Source of the DNA: Planctomycetota bacterium
GTDB taxonomy: Bacteria; Planctomycetota; B15-G4
Length of the DNA stretch: 64,000 nt
Assembly (NCBI GenBank): GCA_965248575.1
Contig: CBDFJQ010000002.1
Span: forward strand, 4,576,001-4,640,000
Direction: 5' to 3'
Part shown: positions 1-8,284 of the stretch, one piece after another
Position numbering within the stretch: the stretch's first letter is position 1
Layout: each line of letters opens with the position of its first letter
Notes under the pieces: generated by a model
Seen by the model: only the letters and a program-made list of their open reading frames with translations
The model's database searches: none
What the model was told of the DNA's origin: nothing
Translations under genes and position numbers: made by a program

Positions 1-2
1 CC

Positions 3-479
3 CGCCACGCGGCCAGCGCCCTGGCTGCCCTTGCGGAAGCCGACCCTGCGGACGCTGACGTCGCCCGCGACCTGGCCCTGGCGTACGTGCGCATCGGGCA
101 GATCCAGCTGGATGGAGGCGAGCCCGCTGCCGCCTTGCGCGAGTTCCAGGCCTTCAGTGACCTCATGCAACCGCTCGCGCAAGCCGACCCCGATCATGCA
201 TGGACCCGTCGCATGGCCATGGTCAGCTTCTACTTCTGCGCCGCGGCCCACCGGGAACTCGGGCGTGACGCCTCGCTGGCGGATCGGGAGCGAACGCTGC
301 ACTTGGAACAGGCCATCGAAGGCTTCGAGGAGGCAGTGCAGCGCACTCAGCGACTTCAGCAGTTGGGCCTGCTGCTGGCCGGCGACGAGGAGATGCTGCC
401 GACGATCGAGCAGGAGATCGCTGCCTGCCGGAGTGAAGGCGCGACTCTCGAAGGCGTGAGCACGGTCTCGTCCCCTTAG
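3..479 (+). CDS. C-terminal part of a TPR-like helical repeat protein (5' truncated by the window), possibly the tail of a Ser/Thr kinase
   Basis: The frame is open from base 3. Two related units, 'LAEADPADADVARDLALAYVRIG' and 'LAQADPDHAWTRRMAMVSF', resemble TPR tails of planctomycete kinases. Confidence 0.6.
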   Translation, partial: RHAASALAALAEADPADADVARDLALAYVRIGQIQLDGGEPAAALREFQAFSDLMQPLAQADPDHAWTRRMAMVSFYFCAAAHRELGRDASLADRERTLHLEQAIEGFEEAVQRTQRLQQLGLLLAGDEEMLPTIEQEIAACRSEGATLEGVSTVSSP

Positions 480-661
480 TCGTGCGGTTCCGCCCTCGTG
501 GTGTCGTGCCGCGGACGCTGCCCATGAATGGACGGAAAAAGCCCGAATCTGCTGAAGGGATCTGGACGCCGTCAGCGTGTCTCCCTCCGAGTCCCACGAC
601 AGCCTTGGCCCGAGGTCTGGTCTTCCCGCCGAAGGTGTCGTGAAAAACCGAGGAGTGGACC

Positions 662-2230
662 ATGAACATCACCAACCGATCTCGCGCCGCTGTGCGAACC
701 GTGCTGTGCCTGTTCCTGCTGGCTGGAAGTCTGGCAGCGTCACCTGCCAGCGATGTGGTCTACCGGGCCGACCAAGATTCCGACGGCGCCTTCGAGCTGT
801 ACCGGGTGGATGGCAAGACGGGCGCTGTGGCCAAGTTGAATCTCCCGCTCGTGCTCGGCGGAAGTGTCGCTCTCGACTACAAGATCGGGCCGAAGGGGCG
901 GTACGTCTACTACCGGGCGGATACGCAGAGCGTTCAGGCCTTCGAGCTCTACCGCGTTCACTTGAAGACGGGGGCAGTGCTCAAGCTCAACCAACCGTTG
1001 GTGGCGGGTGGCCATGTCGTCTCGTTCCGGGTTGGGCCGAAGGGGAAGAGCGTTGCCTACCAGTCCTACCAAGACAGCACCGACGTTGCCGATCTCTACC
1101 AAGTGGACCTCAAGACGTTTGCCGTGACCAAGCTGAACGGCGTCCTCGTTGATGGTGGGACGGTGGCCTTCTACTGCTTCGGACCCAAGGGGCGATCCAT
1201 AGTCTACCGCGCGGAGCAGGAAGTGAAGAATGTGGTGGAGATCTATCGTTCGGACCTGAAGACCTTCCAGGCGACCAAACTCAACGGCTCCCTCGTGGAA
1301 GGAGGGGACGCTTCCTCCAGCGAGTTCGCCTTCGACCGCAAGGGGAAGTCCGTCTTCTTTCATGCCGACCAGGATGTGAACAACGTGTTCGACCTCTACC
1401 GAGCGGACTTCAAGAGCGGACTGAGCTCGAAGGTGAACGCCCCACTGTCCGCGGGTGGAATCGTCGCGGAGTTCCAGGTGGACCCCAAGGCACGCAGCGT
1501 TGCCTACCGTGCCATCGAGAGCACTGGTGGTGTCTACGAACTCTTCCATGCACCGCTGAAGGGGGGCCCGGTGACCCGGCTCAACGGCGTGCTCATCCCG
1601 GACGGGGACGTCGCGGAGTTCGAGCTGGACGGGCGGGGAAAGAGCGTCGTCTACCGCGCGGATCAGGATCTCAACAACGTCAGCGAGCTGTACCGCACGG
1701 AGATCAAGTCGGGAACCGTGACGAAGCTCAACGGCCTGCTCCCCGTCCAGGGGGATGTGTTTGTCCATCAGATCGGGCCCAAGAGCAGGCGTGTGGCCTA
1801 CCTCGCCGACCAGGACACGCAGGGCGTCCGCGAGCTGTACGTCTTCGACACGAAGACGGGCGAGCGGACCAAGCTCAACGGGAGCCTCGTGCCGGGCGGC
1901 GATGTGTTGTCGCAACAGAAGTTCTTCGGGCCCAAGGGGCGCTACGTGATGTTTCGCGCGGACCAGGACATCGACAACGTGTTCGAGCTGTTCCGGGTGG
2001 ACTTGAAGACAGGTGAGCGGCTCCGGCTCAACACGCCCTACTCAGCGGGAGACGGTGTCTTCAGTTTCAAGGTTGACGCCAAGGAGAAGACCGTCGTCTT
2101 CAGTGCGCGCCACGACTCGACGGCGATCGAGCTCTTCAGGGCGAATCTCAAGACGGGGGAGGTGAGCAAGCTCAGCGGCAAGCTGGTCAACGGGGGCAAC
2201 GTGCTGGACTACCAGATCGCCGGAAAGTGA
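662..2230 (+). CDS. Secreted tandem-repeat beta-propeller-like protein (10 repeats of ~49 aa)
   Basis: GAGGAG RBS and signal peptide. Repeat consensus VVYRADQD..ELYR.DLKTG...KLNG.LV.GG.V..F..[DG]PKGR. Confidence 0.85.
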   Translation: MNITNRSRAAVRTVLCLFLLAGSLAASPASDVVYRADQDSDGAFELYRVDGKTGAVAKLNLPLVLGGSVALDYKIGPKGRYVYYRADTQSVQAFELYRVHLKTGAVLKLNQPLVAGGHVVSFRVGPKGKSVAYQSYQDSTDVADLYQVDLKTFAVTKLNGVLVDGGTVAFYCFGPKGRSIVYRAEQEVKNVVEIYRSDLKTFQATKLNGSLVEGGDASSSEFAFDRKGKSVFFHADQDVNNVFDLYRADFKSGLSSKVNAPLSAGGIVAEFQVDPKARSVAYRAIESTGGVYELFHAPLKGGPVTRLNGVLIPDGDVAEFELDGRGKSVVYRADQDLNNVSELYRTEIKSGTVTKLNGLLPVQGDVFVHQIGPKSRRVAYLADQDTQGVRELYVFDTKTGERTKLNGSLVPGGDVLSQQKFFGPKGRYVMFRADQDIDNVFELFRVDLKTGERLRLNTPYSAGDGVFSFKVDAKEKTVVFSARHDSTAIELFRANLKTGEVSKLSGKLVNGGNVLDYQIAGK

Positions 2231-2515
2231 GGGCTGGGGCTGGCGCCCGCACGCAGCTTCGCCATTCGATCAGACGATGGGCGCCACAGTGCGTATGGGT
2301 GTCCCAGCCCTCCGGCCATAGGGTCGAGTGCCCACGCGGCAACCGACGTGGTGTATCGCGTGGCCTCTGGGCCATCGACACCGCGATCTGGGCCCGCACA
2401 CCCGGAGTACGCCTTGACGACACAGCGCGAGAGCCCACAACCCAAGGGAAGCACCGCGGTCATTCGCGATGTCGTTGACAAGGTGGATTCGTCCAAGAAG
2501 GGACGGTCCACGGCC

Positions 2516-3361
2516 ATGGCCAAGCTGGAGCGCCGGCTCAAGAAGAAGGACCGGGAGGAGATCTACCAGGCTGCGCTCACGTCGTACCTGGACGGTGAGG
2601 CGCTCAAGCCCTACCAGGCCGAGCTGATCAAGATGCAGCGTCACCTCGAGTTGACCGGGCGCAAGGTGATCATCCTGTTCGACGGTCGGGATGCGTCCGG
2701 AAAGGGCGGGACCATCCGGCGGGTCACGCGCTACATGAACGAGAAGCACTATCGCGTCGTGGCGCTGGGCAAGCCCAACGAGCACCAGCGCACCGAACTC
2801 CACATGAAGCGGTACATCGAACACTTCCCGCATGCCGGTGAAGTCGTGCTGTTCGATCGCAGCTGGTACAACCGGGCGATGGTCGAGCCCGTGATGGGTT
2901 TCTGCACACCCAAGCAGTACCGGCAGTTCCTGTCGAAGGTCGGCGACTACGAGGAGAGCTTCGTCGCGGACGGACAGACCACGCTGATCAAGCTCTACTT
3001 CTCGGTGACCAAGAAGGAGCAGGCTCGCCGCTTCGAGCGGCGCAAGAACGACCCCCTGCGCGTCTGGAAGCTAAGCGAGGTGGACTTGCAGGCCCAGGAC
3101 CTCTGGGAAGAGTTCACCGAGAAGAAACATCACTTGCTGAAGACCACGCACACCAAGCAGAACCCGTGGTGGGTCATCCGCTCGGATGACAAGCAGGCGG
3201 CGCGGCTGGAAACCATGAAGCTGATCCTCTCGCTGGTAAAATACCGCGGACGGAGCCGGCGCCTGGATCTCACGCCTGATTCCGCTGTAGTGGTGAGCGG
3301 CACCACCGAGAAGAAGCTGATGGAAAAGCAGCGTCGCAAGCGTGGCCGGTTCATCAGCTGA
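2516..3361 (+). CDS. ppk2: Polyphosphate kinase 2 (copy 1)
   Basis: Motifs FDGRDASGKGG, FDRSWYNRAMVEPVMGFCT and WKLSEVD. The start could instead be the GTG at 2483. Confidence 0.93.
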   Translation: MAKLERRLKKKDREEIYQAALTSYLDGEALKPYQAELIKMQRHLELTGRKVIILFDGRDASGKGGTIRRVTRYMNEKHYRVVALGKPNEHQRTELHMKRYIEHFPHAGEVVLFDRSWYNRAMVEPVMGFCTPKQYRQFLSKVGDYEESFVADGQTTLIKLYFSVTKKEQARRFERRKNDPLRVWKLSEVDLQAQDLWEEFTEKKHHLLKTTHTKQNPWWVIRSDDKQAARLETMKLILSLVKYRGRSRRLDLTPDSAVVVSGTTEKKLMEKQRRKRGRFIS

Positions 3362-3418
3362 AGCCAGGAGCGCTTCGGTGTCGATGAGTCCTTGGCGGGT
3401 ACCTCGTGGAGATGTGAC

Positions 3419-4396
3419 GTGGGTGGCAAAGCAGACAAGCTGGACAGCACAGCGGGCGAGAGCCGGGATGGCCAGGACTCCAGGTCCGAGGCGGAGAAGC
3501 GCAAGCCGCTGAAGCGCTCCACCGGAGTGAACGGCAAGGTCAACCCGGAGGACCATCGACCCGCGAACCACTACGACCCGTCCAAGAAGGAACGTGTGCC
3601 CGTCCTGGTGCGCAAGCGGACGCTGGACTACGAGCAGGTGCTCGAGTTGTTGCAGATCGAGTTGCTCAAGTTGCAGGCCCACGTGAAGCAGAAGGGCGAG
3701 CGCGTCGTCATGCTCTTCGAGGGCCGCGATGCGGCGGGCAAGGGCGGCGCCATCAAGCGCTTCATGGAGCACCTCAACCCGCGCGGTGCACGCATCGTCG
3801 CGCTGGAGAAACCCAGCGACCGCGAGGCGACGCAGTGGTACTTCCAGCGTTACGTCGCGCACCTGCCGGCAGCTGGCGAGATCGTGTTCTTCGATCGCAG
3901 CTGGTACAACCGCGCGATGGTCGAGCCCGTCATGGGCTTCTGCACCGACGAGCAGTACGGTCGCTTCATGAAGGATGTTCCGCTCTTCGAGCAGATGCTC
4001 GTGAAGGACGGCATCCGTCTGTTCAAGTTCTATTTCTCGGTGTCACGCAAAGAGCAGGCACGTCGCTTCAAGGAGCGCGAGAAGAACCTGTTGAAGCAGT
4101 TCAAGCTCTCGGCCGTCGACATCGAGGCGCAGAACTACTGGGACCACTACTCCGTTCGCAAGCTGCAGATGCTGAGCGAGACCAACCGCACCATCGCCCC
4201 CTGGTGGGTCGTCAACTCCGACGACAAGAGGGCGGCGAGGCTCAACTCCATCCGCGTTGTCCTCACACACGTGGACTACGAGGGCAAGACGGACCACGCC
4301 GAGCTGCTCAGGGTCAGGCCGGAGTACGTCGAGTCCGGTATCGACCACCTGAAGGTGATCGAGAACCAGCTCATGAACCCGGGGGATCCGGACTGA
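3419..4396 (+). CDS. ppk2: Polyphosphate kinase 2 (copy 2)
   Basis: Motifs FEGRDAAGKGG, QWYFQRY and FDRSWYNRAMVEPVMGFCT. GGAG precedes the GTG at 3419. Confidence 0.93.
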   Translation: MGGKADKLDSTAGESRDGQDSRSEAEKRKPLKRSTGVNGKVNPEDHRPANHYDPSKKERVPVLVRKRTLDYEQVLELLQIELLKLQAHVKQKGERVVMLFEGRDAAGKGGAIKRFMEHLNPRGARIVALEKPSDREATQWYFQRYVAHLPAAGEIVFFDRSWYNRAMVEPVMGFCTDEQYGRFMKDVPLFEQMLVKDGIRLFKFYFSVSRKEQARRFKEREKNLLKQFKLSAVDIEAQNYWDHYSVRKLQMLSETNRTIAPWWVVNSDDKRAARLNSIRVVLTHVDYEGKTDHAELLRVRPEYVESGIDHLKVIENQLMNPGDPD

Positions 4397-4417
4397 AGCG
4401 TGCTGGCCGCGGGCCGA

Positions 4418-6112
4418 TCAGCTAGGCGGCTCGTCGCTGCCCGGCGACAGCGTCGGCACCGTCCGGGCGATGCGCTTGCAGAAGTAGTAGATCCGCTTGA
4501 GGTTCGATAGCACGTCCACCTCGATGGTGTAGGCCTGCAGCCGGTTGGGTTCCGCGGCCACGAGGCGTTGCGCTTCGTGCAGGGCAGCCGAGTCGGCCAG
4601 CTGGTTCACCTCTTCCTTCATGTTGATGACGAACTCGCTCGCCCGGATGTTCTTCTGGGTGGCCGCCATGAGGGCCGAGTCCAGCGCCCGCGTCACGACG
4701 GTGTGGAACTTGCGGAGCACCTCGCGCGTGGCCGCACTGATCTCGACGTTTCCGTTCAGCCGCCGTCGGCCGAGTCCGACGATGTTGATCTCGATGATGT
4801 CGCCGATGCTCTCCAGGTCATTGGCGGCCTCCATGAGCTTGATCAACTCGGTGGACTCGCCCTCCGTGAGGGCGGCCCCGCTGATCTGGCCCAGGTAGGT
4901 CACGATCTTCCCGTGCAGCTGGTCCGCCAGGTCATCGCGCTTCTCGAGCGCCAGCAGCTGCTCGGTTGTCCCGTCGAGCAGGGTCGGTAGGGCGTCGGCC
5001 AGCATCTCCTGGATGAACTCGCCCAGGAAGATCAGCTCCAGCCGCGCTCGATCCAGTGCGAGAAAGGGCGTGTCGATCAGGTCGGGGTCCAGGTATCGGA
5101 CCCGGACCCGGTCGTCCTCCTCGGCCAGCGGGCGGTCCGGCACCAACCATTCCACGATGCGGGCGAAGACCGGGACGAAGCCCAGGAACAGCAGGGTGTT
5201 CGAGACGTTGAAGATCGTGTGGGCATTGGCGATCTGGCGCGGCGTGACGGCGGCCAAGCGCTCGGCCGCCGGCAGCCCCTCGGCCTTGGGCGAGAAACTG
5301 GTCACGAATCCGGCCAGCTGGTCGATGAAGCCCACCCACACCAGCACGCCGGCGACGTTGAAGATGACGTGCACCGCGGCGGCGCGGACCGCTTCGCGCG
5401 GTTTGCCGATGGACGCCAACAGCGCGGTGATGCACGTGCCGATGTTGGCGCCGAAGGCGATGGAGATACCGGCCGTGAGGCCGATCAGACCCTGGCTCGC
5501 CAGGACGATCACGACACCTGTCGTTGCCGATGAGGACTGCACGAGGGCGGTGAACACTGCGCCGGCGAGGATGCCCAGCGCGGGGTTCTCCATGCGCGTC
5601 ATCCACTCGATGAAGGGCGGGTAGCTGCGCAGCGGCTGCATCGCGTCGCCCATCATGGACATGCCCAGGAACACGAGGCCCAGGCCCATGATCCCGGAGC
5701 CGTGATGGCGGACGGTCTCGCGCTTGGAGGCGAACAGCAGCGCGAAGCCGATGGCGATCATGCCCAGCGAGAACTGGCTCACCTTGAAGGCGACGATCTG
5801 CGCCGTGATCGTCGTCCCGATGTTGGCCCCCATGATCACGCCGATGGACTGGGAGAGCGACATCAGTCCCGCCGTGATGAAGCCCACCACGAGCACGGTG
5901 GTGACTGAGGAGGACTGAATGACCGCGGTGACCAGCGCGCCGGTCATCACGCCCAGGACGCGGTTCTTGGTCAGGCGCCCGAGGATCGCCCTCATCCGGT
6001 TTCCGGCGACCGCCTTGAGCGCGTCGCTCATCTGATCCATGCCGAACAGGAACAGGGCGAGGCCGCCGCCGAGACCCATGATCAGCGGCAGCAGTTCCAG
6101 ATCCGGGGTCAC
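4418..6112 (-). CDS. Na/Pi cotransporter family protein with C-terminal PhoU-like domains
   Basis: Two QSSS repeats, each followed by GANIGT; many TM segments; helical C-terminus with DLESIGD. Confidence 0.92.
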   Translation of the reverse strand: MTPDLELLPLIMGLGGGLALFLFGMDQMSDALKAVAGNRMRAILGRLTKNRVLGVMTGALVTAVIQSSSVTTVLVVGFITAGLMSLSQSIGVIMGANIGTTITAQIVAFKVSQFSLGMIAIGFALLFASKRETVRHHGSGIMGLGLVFLGMSMMGDAMQPLRSYPPFIEWMTRMENPALGILAGAVFTALVQSSSATTGVVIVLASQGLIGLTAGISIAFGANIGTCITALLASIGKPREAVRAAAVHVIFNVAGVLVWVGFIDQLAGFVTSFSPKAEGLPAAERLAAVTPRQIANAHTIFNVSNTLLFLGFVPVFARIVEWLVPDRPLAEEDDRVRVRYLDPDLIDTPFLALDRARLELIFLGEFIQEMLADALPTLLDGTTEQLLALEKRDDLADQLHGKIVTYLGQISGAALTEGESTELIKLMEAANDLESIGDIIEINIVGLGRRRLNGNVEISAATREVLRKFHTVVTRALDSALMAATQKNIRASEFVINMKEEVNQLADSAALHEAQRLVAAEPNRLQAYTIEVDVLSNLKRIYYFCKRIARTVPTLSPGSDEPPS

Positions 6113-6579
6113 GCGGCTGGCTCCGCCTTCACGACAACGACCGGCCGTGGCGAGAGGTGCAGGACACGCTCCACCTGGGAACCGAGCATGAGGTGCTCGA
6201 GCCTGGTGAGCCCCCGGTGGCCCATGACGATGAGCTGCGCGTCGATCTCGTCGGCCACCTCGAGGATGCGTGTCACCGGCAGTCCCGAGATCAGGCGAAC
6301 GCTGGCCTCGCGGAGCGCGGCGCAGTCGGGATGGCGCGAACGCACCCTCTCCATGAATTCCTGGAGCAGCTCGTCGGCCACCTCCGTCAGCGGCCGGGCA
6401 GCTCCGGTCTCGTCGGCGCGCACGTAGACACCCGGCGTGGCGATGGGGTCGTGAGCAACGTGCAGCACGACCAGCGGCGCGCGCAGGGCACCCGCCACAC
6501 GACTCCCCCAGATCAACGCGGCCTCTGCCGCCGGCGAGAAGTCCACCGGAGCGAGGATGGGGGCATTGTTAGTGACCAT
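6109..6579 (-). CDS. Universal stress protein (USP)
   Basis: ILAPVDFS at the N-terminus; LIVMGHRG...LGSQVERVLHLSPRPVVVV. GTGA overlap with the transporter start. Confidence 0.9.
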   Translation of the reverse strand: MVTNNAPILAPVDFSPAAEAALIWGSRVAGALRAPLVVLHVAHDPIATPGVYVRADETGAARPLTEVADELLQEFMERVRSRHPDCAALREASVRLISGLPVTRILEVADEIDAQLIVMGHRGLTRLEHLMLGSQVERVLHLSPRPVVVVKAEPAA

Positions 6580-6876
6580 GAAGTCAGATGATACCCATCC
6601 TGCGGACGTGACCAAACCTCGGGTTCGCGTCACGATGATGCCTGGTGCCGATGACGCCTGGTTGCTGATGCCGCCGAAGGCCGCGCTCAGCGCAGCGTTG
6701 TCCTGCGCCGGTCATTCAGGGACCTGGATCCGCGCAGGTCAGGTGCTCACGCGACCGAGCTCGGTCACACGTCAGGCGTTGATTCGCTTTTCGTCGCCTT
6801 CGGTTTCCCACGCAAATCCCATGGAACACCGTGTCCTCATCGCCCACTGCGGGCGACCACGTCTTGACCAACATGG

Positions 6877-8274
6877 GTGATCACGATGCCTTCACAGAAC
6901 TCCCTTTCTAACGCCTACACGGTGATTCATTCCTTCACGGGGCAGTCATCCCAGTTTTCAGACGGTGGCGACGAGCCGCATGGATCTCTTGTGGCCGATG
7001 GCAGCACGCTCTACGGCATGACGTACAAGGGCGGGGCAAACAACAAGGGCGTGATCTTCAAGCTGACTCCGCCGAGCGACCCTTCCGGCGGCGATCCGTA
7101 CACCTATGAGGCCATGTACTCGTTTGGGTCGGATCAACCTGCAAATTGCCCAGCGGACGGCTGCTTTCCGCGTCACGGTTCCATGACGCTTCACGCTGGG
7201 ACTTTGTATGGAGCCGCCATCTCCGGCGGTGTTCCGACGGTCAACTTTGCCGGCGGTGGAGGTGTTCTCTTCTCGGTCAGCACGACCAAGACGGGCGCTT
7301 CCTCAAACCCGTACGGCTACCAGGTCATCCACGCCTTCTCGGGAGCCACACAGAAACCGGAGTCTGCGGCGTCCAGCAGCAAGCCCGATGGTGATCAGCC
7401 ACACTCGGGGCCCTATCTGGCGCCGGATGGCAAGCTGTATGGAATGACGCAATTGGGCGGGGACGACGACGTGGGGACGGTCTATTCGATTGAAGCGGGC
7501 TCAAATACCAGCGGCTATGAGGTGGTGTTCTCGTTCAAGAGCGAGTCGGGCGCGACGGGCAACAAGACCGGCCCCGGCAACAAACCCCACGGCGCGCCTA
7601 TCGTCCTGGAGAACGGGTGCATCTACGGGATGACCCGCTCCGGTGGGGACCTTCAGTTGAGCTACCAGAGCGGAAGCGCGGGGGGCACGGCCTTGGGCGG
7701 CGGAACCGTGTTCGCCTACGACCCCAAGAGCGGTGAGGCGCAGCGCGATGTCTATGTCTTCAAGGATGACAAGCACTCGGGGGCTCAACCTCTGCACGGC
7801 AACATGATTGAGGTGGGCGGCTTGCTCTACGCCATGACCCACAACGGTGGCGAGCACTCCCACGCGAGCTCGGGTGCGGACCCAAGGTTGATCAAGGGCC
7901 ACGGCGTGGTGTTCTCGTACGACCCAACGGCCGATGCTTCAGCGAATGCTCATGAGCTCATCTACGCCTTCGGGTCTCAAGCGGGTGATGGGGAGCACCC
8001 CCTGGGCTCCCTCGTGGCCAGCATCGACGGGAAGACCCTCTACGGTCTCACCGGCCATGGCGGAAAGGGCAACGGTGGCACCGCTTTCAGTGTCGCGGCC
8101 AGTGGTGGTGAGACCAGCGAGGCGACGCTCTACGATTTCGCAACCAAGAGTGAGGGCGTGAACCCAGGAGATTCGGTGATCCTGGTGGATGGAATGCTGA
8201 TCGGGATGACACGGTCCGGCGGCGCTCACGGAAAGGGTGTTGTGTTCACCCTCGACCCCGAAAGCGGTGACTGA
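6877..8274 (+). CDS. Gloeobacter/Verrucomicrobia (GloVer)-type tandem repeat protein
   Basis: Repeats of G..P.G.L....LYGMT..GG...G.VF. No evident signal peptide. Confidence 0.8.
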   Translation: MITMPSQNSLSNAYTVIHSFTGQSSQFSDGGDEPHGSLVADGSTLYGMTYKGGANNKGVIFKLTPPSDPSGGDPYTYEAMYSFGSDQPANCPADGCFPRHGSMTLHAGTLYGAAISGGVPTVNFAGGGGVLFSVSTTKTGASSNPYGYQVIHAFSGATQKPESAASSSKPDGDQPHSGPYLAPDGKLYGMTQLGGDDDVGTVYSIEAGSNTSGYEVVFSFKSESGATGNKTGPGNKPHGAPIVLENGCIYGMTRSGGDLQLSYQSGSAGGTALGGGTVFAYDPKSGEAQRDVYVFKDDKHSGAQPLHGNMIEVGGLLYAMTHNGGEHSHASSGADPRLIKGHGVVFSYDPTADASANAHELIYAFGSQAGDGEHPLGSLVASIDGKTLYGLTGHGGKGNGGTAFSVAASGGETSEATLYDFATKSEGVNPGDSVILVDGMLIGMTRSGGAHGKGVVFTLDPESGD

Positions 8275-8284
8275 TATTCCCTGC

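Noticed and set aside
595..642. Leader hairpin CACGACA..TGTCGTG before the RBS of the 662 gene, as a riboswitch or terminator
   Set aside because: No aptamer consensus is recognisable, there is no U-tract on the relevant side, and it does not cover the RBS.
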